A DNA stretch of 64,000 nucleotides from assembly GCA_012521185.1 (NCBI GenBank), contig JAAYMV010000089.1, positions 79,105 to 143,104 on the forward strand. Reading direction: 5' to 3'. Source of the DNA: Bacillota bacterium (GTDB taxonomy: Bacteria; Bacillota; Limnochordia; Darwinibacteriales; DTU012). How positions within the stretch are numbered: the stretch's first letter is position 1; each line of letters starts with the position of its first letter. The translations under genes were made by a program, and so were the position numbers. This document shows positions 1-9,673 of the stretch, one piece after another. The notes under the pieces were generated by a model. That model had not been told where the DNA came from, did not search any database, and saw nothing but the letters and a program-made list of their open reading frames with translations.

Positions 1-1752
1 CATTTGTGAAATCTGGCGAGCCAGTCCTTCGCGAACATATTCTGTTAGATAACTTGTATCCTTAGTAATAGTAGCTGAATCAGCCAAGGTTTCCAAAATA
101 GTAACCAGATTTCTAATAGGAATACCTTCACGCAATAAATTTTGTAAAACCTTTTGCACTTCCCCAATTGTCATTAAATCTGGAACTAACTCATTGACAA
201 CTGCCGAATACTCTTCCTTCAAGCCGTCTAAGAGCATTTTAGTTTCTTGACGCCCTAATAACTCGTGGGCATGTTCTTTCAATACTTGTGTTAAATGAGT
301 AGCCAACACACTTGGCGGATCTACTACAGTATAACCGACTAACTCTGCTCGCTCCCTAGTTTGAGCATCAATCCATAATGCATCTAAACCAAAAGCAGGT
401 TCTTTGGTAGGTATTCCATTAACCGGCTCTGTAACTCCACCAGAATCCATAGCCAAAAACTGATCCATCATTAATTCGCCAGAGCCTATTTCGATTCCCT
501 TTAACTTAATTACATAGCTATTCGGTTTTAACTGTAAGTTATCTCTAATTCTGATGGTAGGAACAATCATCCCTAATTCAATTGCACATTGACGTCTAAT
601 CAAAGTAATTCTTTCGAGCATATCTCCGCCTTGTTCAGTATCTACAAGTGGAATTAAACTATAACCGATTTCTAATTCAACTTGGTCAACTTGAAGCAAA
701 GACAGCACATTTTCTGGTTTTTTACTTTCCTCAATTTCTTCTTGATGATGTTCTAAGCTAGCTTGTTCTTCTAAATCCCGCTGTTGAACATATTTAAAAT
801 ATCCTAAACCAGAAAAGAACAAGGCAAATATGAAAAATGGTGAAAAAGGTAACCCAGGTACAAATGAAAATAAGAATAAAACGACCCCAAGTGTTAGTAA
901 CACCTTGCTATTAGTCATAAACTGAGTTAATAAATCTTCACTCAGGTTATTATCCGAGCCAGCTCGAGTAATAATAATACCTGTTGCTGTACTAATTAAT
1001 AATGCTGGAATTTGAGAAACTAGTCCATCACCTACAGTTAATAAAGCGTATTTCTTTAAGGCTTGTTCAATACTAAGATCGAATTGTAAAATCCCAATTA
1101 ATAATCCACCAATAATATCAATGATTACAATGATAATACCAGCAATTGCATCTCCCTTTACAAACTTGGAAGCACCGTCCATCGCACCATAAAAATCTGC
1201 TTCTCGTTCGACATTTCTTCGTCTAATTCTTGCTTCTGTTTCTGTAATTAAACCAGAGTTTAAATCAGCATCAATACTCATCTGTTTTCCTGGCATAGCA
1301 TCTAAAGTAAACCGAGCAGCTACTTCAGCAACACGTTCTGAACCCTTAGTAATAACTAAAAACTGGACTACGACAATTATCAAAAACACAATAAAACCAA
1401 CAACATAGTTACCGCCAATTACAAAGTTGCCAAAGGACTCAATAATTTTCCCTGCTGAACCATTTAAAAGAATTAGCTTAGTCGAAGACACACTTAAGGC
1501 CAGACGGAACAATGTAACTATTAACAAAATAGTCGGAAAACTAGCGACCTCTAAAGGCTCTTTTACATTCATCGTCAGCAATAAGATTAACAATGCTATG
1601 CTAATATTACACGCTAATAAAATATCTAATAAAAATGTAGGCAATGGTAGAATCATCATAACTATGATTAAAACAACACCAAAAACAATTACCAAGTCGC
1701 TTAATCCGGAAAGTCTTTGATTCGATGTAATCCTATTTAACAATCCGTTCAT
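1..1752 (-). CDS. flhA: Flagellar export gate protein FlhA (C-terminus runs off window; about 584 codons present)
   Basis: The minus-strand frame is open from the ATG at 1752 (MNGLLNRITSNQRLSGLSDLVIVFGVV...) to position 1. It is missing from the ORF track only because no stop lies in the window. It directly follows flhB, as in the Bacillus fla/che operon. Confidence 0.85.
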   Translation of the reverse strand, partial: MNGLLNRITSNQRLSGLSDLVIVFGVVLIIVMMILPLPTFLLDILLACNISIALLILLLTMNVKEPLEVASFPTILLIVTLFRLALSVSSTKLILLNGSAGKIIESFGNFVIGGNYVVGFIVFLIIVVVQFLVITKGSERVAEVAARFTLDAMPGKQMSIDADLNSGLITETEARIRRRNVEREADFYGAMDGASKFVKGDAIAGIIIVIIDIIGGLLIGILQFDLSIEQALKKYALLTVGDGLVSQIPALLISTATGIIITRAGSDNNLSEDLLTQFMTNSKVLLTLGVVLFLFSFVPGLPFSPFFIFALFFSGLGYFKYVQQRDLEEQASLEHHQEEIEESKKPENVLSLLQVDQVELEIGYSLIPLVDTEQGGDMLERITLIRRQCAIELGMIVPTIRIRDNLQLKPNSYVIKLKGIEIGSGELMMDQFLAMDSGGVTEPVNGIPTKEPAFGLDALWIDAQTRERAELVGYTVVDPPSVLATHLTQVLKEHAHELLGRQETKMLLDGLKEEYSAVVNELVPDLMTIGEVQKVLQNLLREGIPIRNLVTILETLADSATITKDTSYLTEYVREGLARQISQM

Positions 1753-1774
1753 CCTCCAAATCCATCAACTTTAA

Positions 1775-2863
1775 TTACCGTCTTCTTCTAAGCCGATAAA
1801 CGAAAGCTAAAACCTCAGCCACAGCAGGATACAATTCAGGCGGGATTTGTTGACCAATGTCAACAGTTTTAAACAACGTTCGTGCCAACGGAGGATTTTC
1901 TACTGTCGGAACATTATGCTCATTAGCGATTTCTCTAATTCTAAGAGCCGTACCGCCTGCGCCCTTAGCTACCACTTCTGGGGAGGCCATTTCATCAGCC
2001 TTATACAATAAAGCAACCGCATAGTGAGTCGGGTTCGTCACTATTACGTCTGCAGTGGGCACAGCCTCCATCATCCGACGGGTAGCAATTTCTCGTTGTT
2101 TTTGTCTAATTTTAGCCTTTATCTGCGGATCCCCTTCTACCATCTTATATTCTTCTTTAATCTCCTGCTTTGACATTCTAATACTTTTTTCAAATTCCCA
2201 ACGTTGATAAAGATAATCAAAGGCAGCTAAAATAAAAAGAGTAACCCCTATTCTTAAGGCCAGTGCTGTTACTGTTTGAGTAATAATAACAACAGCGTCG
2301 ACTGTACTTAAATGGGGTAAATTAGGTATCCATTCTAAACTCTTTTTTACTTCTTGATAAACCATACTACCGATGATTACTATTTTGAATACTGATTTAG
2401 CAAATTCTAAAAAAGCCCGCTTCGAAAAAATCCTTTTAAATCCCTCAATCGGATTAATACGAGAAAATTTAGGCATAATAATCGACCAGTTCAGCATAAA
2501 GCCGACTTGAACTGCTTGACTAATAATTGCTACCAAAAATAATATTAAAAAAATCGGCAATAAAACTAACAGTCCTTGAATGACCACAAAAATAAATAAG
2601 TTCATCAAAGAATCTGCAGACCCATCCCAACGAGTTACATCATTTAAAATAGTCGTTGTAAACAATCCGAGACGCGAAAAAATGCTAGATCCAAAAGATT
2701 TCAACGCCCAAAAACCAGCAATTATTAAAGCGGTCGTCCCAATCTCACCACTTTTAGCTACCTGACCCTTTTTTCTAACTTCTTCACGTCTTCGGGGCGT
2801 TGCTGGTTCAGTTTTTTCACCAGCAAATAACTGTAGATTGATTCTAAAATCGCTATTGTACAC
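1775..2863 (-). CDS. flhB: Flagellar export protein FlhB
   Basis: 362 aa. The N-terminus FAGEKTEPATPRRREEVRKKGQVAKS and the NPTH autocleavage motif (VTNPTHYAVAL) are typical. The gene overlaps the fliR stop. Confidence 0.95.
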   Translation of the reverse strand: MYNSDFRINLQLFAGEKTEPATPRRREEVRKKGQVAKSGEIGTTALIIAGFWALKSFGSSIFSRLGLFTTTILNDVTRWDGSADSLMNLFIFVVIQGLLVLLPIFLILFLVAIISQAVQVGFMLNWSIIMPKFSRINPIEGFKRIFSKRAFLEFAKSVFKIVIIGSMVYQEVKKSLEWIPNLPHLSTVDAVVIITQTVTALALRIGVTLFILAAFDYLYQRWEFEKSIRMSKQEIKEEYKMVEGDPQIKAKIRQKQREIATRRMMEAVPTADVIVTNPTHYAVALLYKADEMASPEVVAKGAGGTALRIREIANEHNVPTVENPPLARTLFKTVDIGQQIPPELYPAVAEVLAFVYRLRRRR

Positions 2864-3611
2864 TGCTAATCATTCCTGTGAAGTGCTGAAATAACAAGCC
2901 GCCGTAACCAAATAACTTCGCTATGATATTGATATACACTGGAATTAATAAAATAATCATAAATAAACCAACAGAAATCTTTAAAGGAAACCCAATTACA
3001 AAAACATTGATTTGAGGGACTACTCTCGTAACTATTCCGAGAGCCACATCTGTTAATAAAATCGTACCCATAACTGGTAATGCAATTTGTAAACCGACGC
3101 TAAAAATAGCTCGACCAAGGAAGATTACTACCTCATATGTAATCTCTTGAGTAAAAAAACTACCAATTGGAATCATCTCATAGCTTTTCAATAAAGCATC
3201 ATAAATCCAAAGATGGGCATCGATACTTAAAAAAACTAGCATAGCTAGTAGATCTAAAAACTTAGAAAAAATTGGTAATTGAGTTCCGGTTTGCGGGTCA
3301 AAAATGGAAACCATACCAAATCCGATTGGTACATCAATCAATTGACCAGTAAAATAAATAATACCAAAAACTAGCGAAACAAGAAATGCTAATAAAAAAC
3401 CAATTAGCATTTCTTGCATAATTAAACCTGCCCATGGTATTAAATTATCAGAACTAGTTGGCGCACTAGGAGGATTAATAATTAAGGCCAACAATCCACT
3501 AAAACCAATCTTTAATTGCCAGGGAACACTTTTTTGAGTAAATAACGGGAAGGAAAAAGTAAAAGCACTGAAGCGTACGAAGGCTAATAAAACTCCTTCA
3601 ATTCCAAGCAA
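2853..3611 (-). CDS. fliR: Flagellar export protein FliR
   Basis: 252 aa polytopic membrane protein lying between fliQ and flhB. Confidence 0.9.
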   Translation of the reverse strand: MLGIEGVLLAFVRFSAFTFSFPLFTQKSVPWQLKIGFSGLLALIINPPSAPTSSDNLIPWAGLIMQEMLIGFLLAFLVSLVFGIIYFTGQLIDVPIGFGMVSIFDPQTGTQLPIFSKFLDLLAMLVFLSIDAHLWIYDALLKSYEMIPIGSFFTQEITYEVVIFLGRAIFSVGLQIALPVMGTILLTDVALGIVTRVVPQINVFVIGFPLKISVGLFMIILLIPVYINIIAKLFGYGGLLFQHFTGMISSVQ

Positions 3612-3626
3612 AATAATTCCCCCCCA

Positions 3627-3896
3627 TTAACTGATAAAGTGTTCAAGATTAGATAACAGTCTAGTGCCAAAATCAATTAAAACTCGTAACATCCAAGGGC
3701 CAAAAAGAATCAAAGATACCAATACTGCTATAATCTTTGGGATAAAGGTCAGTGTCTGTTCTTGGATTTGTGTGGTGGCTTGAAAAATACTAACAATTAA
3801 CCCAACTAACATACCAAATCCTAATACTGGGCCAGCCACTAACAAAACCGTTGTAATAGCATCTTTACCAAGAGATATAACTGTAACTTCGGTCAC
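3627..3896 (-). CDS. fliQ: Flagellar export protein FliQ
   Basis: Small two-TM protein after fliP. The start was moved to the GTG at 3896 (AAGGAAGTG upstream), giving the usual length of about 89 aa. Confidence 0.85.
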   Translation of the reverse strand: MTEVTVISLGKDAITTVLLVAGPVLGFGMLVGLIVSIFQATTQIQEQTLTFIPKIIAVLVSLILFGPWMLRVLIDFGTRLLSNLEHFIS

Positions 3897-3923
3897 ACAA
3901 ACACTTCCTTTAAAAAGCAATTA

Positions 3924-4604
3924 TTAAAAATAGCTAAGTAAAACCGACCGAACAACTAAATGCCAGCCATCAACTAAAACAAACAGCAAAATCTTAAAAG
4001 GAAGAGAGATCATAACTGGAGGCAACATCATCATGCCCATAGCCATTAAAGTACTTGCAACAATCATATCAATAACCAGAAAAGGAATGAAAATCACAAA
4101 ACCAATCTGAAATGCGGTTTTTAGTTCAGAAATAACAAAGGCAGGAATCAGTGTTAAAAGATCAACATCCTGTCTTGTTTCCGGTCGTTCTTGACCGCGA
4201 ACATCTAAAAACATTGCTAAATCTTTCTCTCTAGTATGTTCGAACATAAACTCTCGTAGAGGTTCTACCGTTAGATCAAATGCAGTTTCCAGATTAACTT
4301 CTCCTGCAAAGTAAGGAGCTAAACCTTGATCCCACATCTGTCCGAAAACAGGAGCCATAGTAAAAAAAGTCAAGAATAAAGCCAATCCCACAATCACTTG
4401 GTTGGGCGGCATTTGATTCGTTGCTAATGCATTACGTATAAACGACAACGAAATTACTATTCTAGTGAATGAGGTCGTTAAAATCAGAATAGCAGGAGCT
4501 AAAGTTAAAACTGTTAGTAATATTATAATTTGTAACGACGTTGCAATTTGCTCTGGATTATCTGTTAGAAGAAACCCTAAATCTGTTAGTTGAGAACCCA
4601 TCAT
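3924..4604 (-). CDS. fliP: Flagellar export protein FliP
   Basis: 226 aa with conserved FliP segments (TSFTRIVISLSFIRNALA, PNQVIVGLALFLTFF). It has an ATGA overlap with the upstream fliO. Confidence 0.95.
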   Translation of the reverse strand: MMGSQLTDLGFLLTDNPEQIATSLQIIILLTVLTLAPAILILTTSFTRIVISLSFIRNALATNQMPPNQVIVGLALFLTFFTMAPVFGQMWDQGLAPYFAGEVNLETAFDLTVEPLREFMFEHTREKDLAMFLDVRGQERPETRQDVDLLTLIPAFVISELKTAFQIGFVIFIPFLVIDMIVASTLMAMGMMMLPPVMISLPFKILLFVLVDGWHLVVRSVLLSYF

Positions 4605-4897
4605 TCCCCACCTTGCTCTTCAGCAGTTGTCTGAGAAGCTGGTGATATATCCAACTTATGGAGTACATTAATTTGCTGTGATGTAACACCAAGCAATAAC
4701 CTTTCACCTTCCCAATCAACTACATATAACATTTTGTTGCTGCCTAATACTACTCTTTCTTTAATAACTACACTATGGCGGACTAGCTGTTTATTTCCGT
4801 AGATACGAGTAAAATAATAGATTAGTGGAGTAGCAACGACAAAAAACAAAACTACCTTCACTAATGCCCATAAAATATCTTTATCAAAAAAACCCAC
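4601..4897 (-). CDS. fliO: FliO/FliZ-type single-pass flagellar biosynthesis protein
   Basis: 98 aa with one N-terminal TM helix, located immediately upstream of fliP. Confidence 0.7.
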   Translation of the reverse strand: MGFFDKDILWALVKVVLFFVVATPLIYYFTRIYGNKQLVRHSVVIKERVVLGSNKMLYVVDWEGERLLLGVTSQQINVLHKLDISPASQTTAEEQGGE

Positions 4898-4961
4898 AGC
4901 ACTTCCTCCATATTGTATTGATACTACTAGATATTTTCGACTTCATTCACGCTATTCCTGC

Positions 4962-5906
4962 TTAACTATCTAATCGCTGTTCTGGAGGAACAATATCTAC
5001 AATTCTTAAACCAAAGTTATCATCTAAGACTGTAACTTCCGCCCGCGCAATATTTTGGCCATTCAAATAAACATCAGCCAAATCTCCAGCAATCTTATCT
5101 AAAGTAACAGTGTCGCCTTCTTTAAGCTTCATTAGTTGACCAAGAGTCATTGTAGCGCTGCCTAATTCTGCCCTCAATTCAACAGTTACATCACTAATTA
5201 AACCGCTTGAATCGACTGATTCGCCGGTTTTTGTTGCGACTACTTCTTGTTTAATCTCCATAAACTGAAATGGTTGAACAAAACCAAACGCTTTCATTTG
5301 ACTTTTACTAGCACCAGTAATTTTCACAGTATCTTGATTGGCATCTTTTAAAATATGCCGACAAGTATCATTAGGAACTAATAATCTAATCTCTAAATCA
5401 TTATCTTTAAAACTCAAGTCAAAGCTCACTAAATAACTGGGAAAACCTACTGGCAATGATAAAACTTGCTCCTTACTCATTAAAGTAGAATCATAAGTAG
5501 AAGCAGAAATCAAACGCTCTAATTTATCACTGAAAAAATCAGCCAATATTAAGGCATATTCCTCAACAAAAAGTGTCACGGCTTTCTCTATTTCTACTCC
5601 CAAAAAGTTGGCTAAAATGTCTCCATTAGCAACTGATGACAGTACCAAGGTCTCACCAAAAGGTAGTTGTATTGGCGTTGCATAACAATCATGCTCAGCA
5701 CCGACAACATCCTCTAAACTATCAATCTTTTGCACATAAAAGTTACTTACACTAACATTTAAGCCAAATAAGCGAGTAAACTTAGATTCTAACAAAGAAA
5801 GCATTGGTTCAAAATATGATTCTAATGTTTGCGTAGTGCTGGCTGAGTCAAACTGTCCACCCATTAAAGCATTTAGCTCGTCAGGAGTTAAAATAGGTTT
5901 GCTCAT
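4962..5906 (-). CDS. fliY: Flagellar C-ring switch protein, FliY/FliN type (N-terminal CheY-P docking peptide, CheC-fold-like middle, C-terminal FliN/SpoA domain)
   Basis: 314 aa. The N-terminus ILTPDELNALMGG matches the LSQ-DEIDALL peptide of FliM/FliY. The C-terminus LGSATMTLGQLMKLKEGDTVTLDKIAGDLADVYLNGQNIARAEVTVLDDNFGLRIVDIV is FliN-like. Confidence 0.75.
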   Translation of the reverse strand: MSKPILTPDELNALMGGQFDSASTTQTLESYFEPMLSLLESKFTRLFGLNVSVSNFYVQKIDSLEDVVGAEHDCYATPIQLPFGETLVLSSVANGDILANFLGVEIEKAVTLFVEEYALILADFFSDKLERLISASTYDSTLMSKEQVLSLPVGFPSYLVSFDLSFKDNDLEIRLLVPNDTCRHILKDANQDTVKITGASKSQMKAFGFVQPFQFMEIKQEVVATKTGESVDSSGLISDVTVELRAELGSATMTLGQLMKLKEGDTVTLDKIAGDLADVYLNGQNIARAEVTVLDDNFGLRIVDIVPPEQRLDS

Positions 5907-5922
5907 TTGACACTCCCCTTAT

Positions 5923-6393
5923 CTACTGAATTACTAGATCTACAAAATAGGCATCCATCACTGTTCCAGAAATTAACATATTGTTGATTTCAGTGACAAT
6001 ATCTAATTTAAGGGTATTTAGACTATCGGGACTACTCAGCTGATCAACACTGCGGGATCTTAAGATAGAAATAATTCTATCTCTAATTTGTGGTTCGCGC
6101 CGCTGGATTTCAGCCTCTAGATTTTTACTATTATCAAGTTCTAATACGATTTCGGTTCTTACAAATCTAGACTGCAAACCATTTGGAGAAGATAAGTTAA
6201 CAATAAAATTACCAAGCTCATACGTTGGCCCTATCTCTCTTTTATGTACATAAACTCCTGGTTCAGTCGTAACACCTGGAATATTTTTGGTGATCATTAA
6301 GTACGCGGCAAATGCACTACCTACTGATGTTATGATAATTAATGCAACAGCAAAAATCAAAATACGCACATCGATTTCAACTTTTCTTGCCAA
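5923..6393 (-). CDS. fliL: Flagellar basal-body-associated protein FliL
   Basis: 156 aa with a single N-terminal TM helix and FliL-like body (GPTYELGNFIVNL...RFVRTEIVLEL). It follows motB. Confidence 0.85.
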   Translation of the reverse strand: MARKVEIDVRILIFAVALIIITSVGSAFAAYLMITKNIPGVTTEPGVYVHKREIGPTYELGNFIVNLSSPNGLQSRFVRTEIVLELDNSKNLEAEIQRREPQIRDRIISILRSRSVDQLSSPDSLNTLKLDIVTEINNMLISGTVMDAYFVDLVIQ

Positions 6394-6409
6394 CTAACTC
6401 ACCCTCCCA

Positions 6410-7132
6410 TTAATTTGGTTCCTCTGCCCATAAATCAATACTCATAATGATAATATCAACACGTCTATTTAATCCGCGATTGGCTGCAGTATCATTGGGG
6501 ACAATTGGACGATATTCCCCATACCCAGCGGCTGAAAGTTTCGTTGGATCAAATCCTTCCTCTTCCACCAAATAACGAATTACACTCGTCGCACGATGGG
6601 TTGATAATTCCCAGTTTGATGGAAAGATTGGCGTATTAATCGGTAAATTGTCCGTATGCCCTTCAATCCGAATCGGATTTGGAAGTTCTTTAAGCATTGG
6701 ACTCAGCTTTTTTATAATCTGAATAGCCTCAGGTTTTAAGTCTGCTTTACCCAAATCGAATAAAACTTGGTCAGCAAATCTAATCGTCAAACCTCGTTCA
6801 TCAACCGCAAGACTTACAGAGCGATCCATACCTTCACTTTGAAGCAAGACACTCAAATCATGATGTAATTCAATTAGCTGTTGGCGAGCCAATTCTGATA
6901 TATTATTTAAATCCGTATCAATTACATTGATGATTGGCCCGCTATCTAAAACTCCTAAGCTACCCCGAAGTGCGGACATAACTGCCTGAAATCGCTGCTC
7001 ATCAACATTTGAGAAGGCGAAAAGTAATACGAAGAAGCACAGTAATAGGGTAACCATGTCTGCATAGGTATTCAACCATGAACTACCGGAACCTCCTTCG
7101 GCTCTTCGCCGTGAAAGTCTCTCCCTAGACAC
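6410..7132 (-). CDS. motB: Flagellar stator protein MotB (OmpA-like C-terminal domain)
   Basis: 240 aa. It has an N-terminal TM helix with the conserved Asp context (YADMVTLLLCFFVLLFA) and an OmpA-like C-terminus (NRGLNRRVDIII). Confidence 0.9.
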   Translation of the reverse strand: MSRERLSRRRAEGGSGSSWLNTYADMVTLLLCFFVLLFAFSNVDEQRFQAVMSALRGSLGVLDSGPIINVIDTDLNNISELARQQLIELHHDLSVLLQSEGMDRSVSLAVDERGLTIRFADQVLFDLGKADLKPEAIQIIKKLSPMLKELPNPIRIEGHTDNLPINTPIFPSNWELSTHRATSVIRYLVEEEGFDPTKLSAAGYGEYRPIVPNDTAANRGLNRRVDIIIMSIDLWAEEPN

Positions 7133-7937
7133 GTGATGTCACTCCCTCTTGGGCAAACTCACGCTCTTGTGCTTCGCGACTGGAAGTACTTAGTTGATTA
7201 GCTGGAATAAAAGCCCGCAATTTTTCTTCAACAATTCTTGGGTTTTCCCCAGCTTGAATTGATAGAATACCTTCAATCATTACTTCTTTCAGTAAGATTT
7301 CTTCAGCACTCTTATCTCTCAACTTTCCTGCAATTGGTAAAAACACCAAGTTGGATAACAGCACACCATATAAAGTGGTAATTAGTGCAGTAGCCATTCC
7401 GGCACCAATTTTATCCGGATCATCTAAATCAACCAGCATAGCAATTAAACCAATCAGTGTTCCGATCATACCGTATGCTGGTGCGTAGGCACCTGCTTGA
7501 TCGAACATTTTCTGACCAACTTGATGACGTTCTTCGAGAAAGGCCAATTCAATTTGTAGAATGCTGCGGATTAAGTCCGCATCGGTACCGTCGACTACCA
7601 ATTGAATACCTTTTTTCAAGAAATCGTCATCTAAATCTTGAATTTTTTCTTCTAAAGCCAACAACCCGTCTCGTCTCGAGCTTTCGGCAAAACTAACTAA
7701 AAGATCGATTACCTCATTGGGATCTTTTTCTTCACTGGTAAAAGCAATCTTTAGCAATGACCCTGTCTTCGCTAACTGCTTCATTGAGAAGTTAATCATC
7801 ACAGAAGCAATAGTTCCACCTAGGGTAATCAAAATACTTGCAAAGTCCCAATAAGTTATTAGTTCACCATTGGTCACAATTCCCCAGACGAGAAGAACAA
7901 CACCAAGTATAAGTCCTAAAACTGAACCCAGATCCAT
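7125..7937 (-). CDS. motA: Flagellar stator protein MotA
   Basis: MotA/ExbB-type protein overlapping the motB start. The start is uncertain, because ATG codons occur at 7949, 7943 and 7937. MDLGSVLGLILG is the usual MotA N-terminus. Confidence 0.88.
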   Translation of the reverse strand: MDLGSVLGLILGVVLLVWGIVTNGELITYWDFASILITLGGTIASVMINFSMKQLAKTGSLLKIAFTSEEKDPNEVIDLLVSFAESSRRDGLLALEEKIQDLDDDFLKKGIQLVVDGTDADLIRSILQIELAFLEERHQVGQKMFDQAGAYAPAYGMIGTLIGLIAMLVDLDDPDKIGAGMATALITTLYGVLLSNLVFLPIAGKLRDKSAEEILLKEVMIEGILSIQAGENPRIVEEKLRAFIPANQLSTSSREAQEREFAQEGVTSRV

Positions 7938-7957
7938 GTGCATCCCCATTTCTTTCC

Positions 7958-7983
7958 GGGAAAGGGGTTAAAACCCCTTCCCC
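7958..7983 (-). other. Intercistronic 10-bp GC-rich stem-loop between flgE and motA
   Basis: The minus-strand RNA GGGGAAGGGG-UUUUAA-CCCCUUUCCC has one G-U wobble, which would be an A-C mismatch on the plus strand. No U-tract follows, so it is not a canonical terminator. Confidence 0.5.
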
Positions 7984-7989
7984 TTAAAA

Positions 7990-9219
7990 TTAGCGCTTCA
8001 AGTTAACTAATTCTTGGAGCATTTCATCTGCAGAAGAGATTATTCTTGAACTAGCTTGAAACCCTCTCTGGGTAATGATCATGTCTGTAAACTGTTCACT
8101 TAAGTCTACATTCGACATTTCAAGAGTATTTGATAAAACATCACCAAACCCACCGCGGTTTGCTTTTCCAATTACTGCATTACCAGAGTTAACCGACTCA
8201 GCAAACATGGTATCGCCCACTCTTACTAAACCACCAGGGTTCTCAAAACGTGCTAGTGCAATTTGAGCAATATTTCTTCTTTTACCATTAGTATAATTTG
8301 CAACAATCACACCTGATTGGTCAATTGCAAGAGAATCTAATTCACCACTTGGAGCACCATCGCGGCCAGCAACTACAACTGAGGTATCTTCATCATATTG
8401 TCTAACACCGGTAAAATCCAATGTAATATTTAAGGCTTCAGCGCCACCTATTCCAAAATTGATTGTACCTGTCTTATCACCAGTGATAGTGCCAAAGGTA
8501 TCAAAAACTAGATCTCCACCAGAAACCTTATTTTCAGGATCTGATTCCAAATAAGCCTCCCATGTCCACTCATTGGGATTTGTCCCTTTAGTAAATTCAA
8601 CTATTACTCGATGGACTCCACCTTTAGAATCATAAACTGTAGACATTCTCGAAACTTTTTCATCAGCAGGTGTTGTCCCTTGTAAATTACCTTGAAAATA
8701 CACATTCTTGGTAGCTTCTGGACTAATTGTCCTAACATCATTGGTAATCTTAATCGGCCTTAGCTGACCGCCAGACTCTGCAATGTGTCCATTACTATCA
8801 GCCAAATAGCCCATCACCATCATACCATTAACTTTGGAATATAAATTGCCATCTCCATCAAAATCCATAATCCCTGCTCTAGTATAAAAGTTTTGCGAGC
8901 CATCAGATACAATGAAAAAACCTGTACCTTGAATAGCTAAATCTGTAGCACTGGATGTTGGTTGTGTTCCACCAGGTGTATGAATCACGTCAACTGATCC
9001 AATACCAACTCCTAAACCTACTTGTTGTGGGTTGATTCCACCCCGATTATTAGTTGGAGCACTGGGATTTGCCAAAGTTTGGCTGATCACTTCTTTAAAA
9101 GTAACACGAGAACTTTTAAACCCATGTGTATTAACGTTAGCAATGTTGTTACCAATGACGTCCATCTTGATTTGATGTGTTTGCAGGCCGTTTACGCCTG
9201 AAAACAATGAACGCATCAT
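7990..9219 (-). CDS. flgE: Flagellar hook protein FlgE
   Basis: The N-terminus MMRSLFSGVNGLQTHQIKMDVIGNNIANVNT and the C-terminus ITQRGFQASSRIISSADEMLQELVNLKR are typical rod/hook termini. The start was chosen after GGGAGG (8 nt spacing). Confidence 0.93.
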   Translation of the reverse strand: MMRSLFSGVNGLQTHQIKMDVIGNNIANVNTHGFKSSRVTFKEVISQTLANPSAPTNNRGGINPQQVGLGVGIGSVDVIHTPGGTQPTSSATDLAIQGTGFFIVSDGSQNFYTRAGIMDFDGDGNLYSKVNGMMVMGYLADSNGHIAESGGQLRPIKITNDVRTISPEATKNVYFQGNLQGTTPADEKVSRMSTVYDSKGGVHRVIVEFTKGTNPNEWTWEAYLESDPENKVSGGDLVFDTFGTITGDKTGTINFGIGGAEALNITLDFTGVRQYDEDTSVVVAGRDGAPSGELDSLAIDQSGVIVANYTNGKRRNIAQIALARFENPGGLVRVGDTMFAESVNSGNAVIGKANRGGFGDVLSNTLEMSNVDLSEQFTDMIITQRGFQASSRIISSADEMLQELVNLKR

Positions 9220-9286
9220 AGTAAATTCCTCCCTTTCTTCTTGCATCAGTCAATCAGCAAGAGCGGGCTTCCTTTCGGTCCAGCCC

Positions 9287-9673
9287 TTATTCTGTTATAA
9301 TCGCACTATCGATATTAGTAAAGATATTGTCTTTCATACGCCCTTGGTCAATTGCGGTAATTACAGTTTTGTTGTCCACGCTGACAACAAAAGCTAGATC
9401 TTTCATCAATACTAAAGATTCTTTACTGCCTTTTTTTCTAACTTGTTCTACAGCATTTTCTAGCGTAGAAAGTTGTTTAGCACTTAACTTAATACCGCTT
9501 TGAGCCAAACGTTTTTCTGCATGTGCAGAAAATCTTAAGCTTGAACTACCAATTTGTTTCTGTAATAGTTCATTAAAGCTAGTATCAACGGTATTGCGTT
9601 GCTTAACAGCAGGAGTAGAATGTCTTAATGGATCAATGGAGATTCCACGTGGTACTTTGAAATTGTTAGGCAT
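9287..9673 (-). CDS. Uncharacterised flagellar-operon protein (flgD-flgE spacer gene, TIGR02530-like by position)
   Basis: About 128 aa. The start is the ATG at 9673, 6 nt after GGAGGGG, and overlaps the flgD stop. The family assignment comes from position and memory only. Confidence 0.5.
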   Translation of the reverse strand: MPNNFKVPRGISIDPLRHSTPAVKQRNTVDTSFNELLQKQIGSSSLRFSAHAEKRLAQSGIKLSAKQLSTLENAVEQVRKKGSKESLVLMKDLAFVVSVDNKTVITAIDQGRMKDNIFTNIDSAIITE

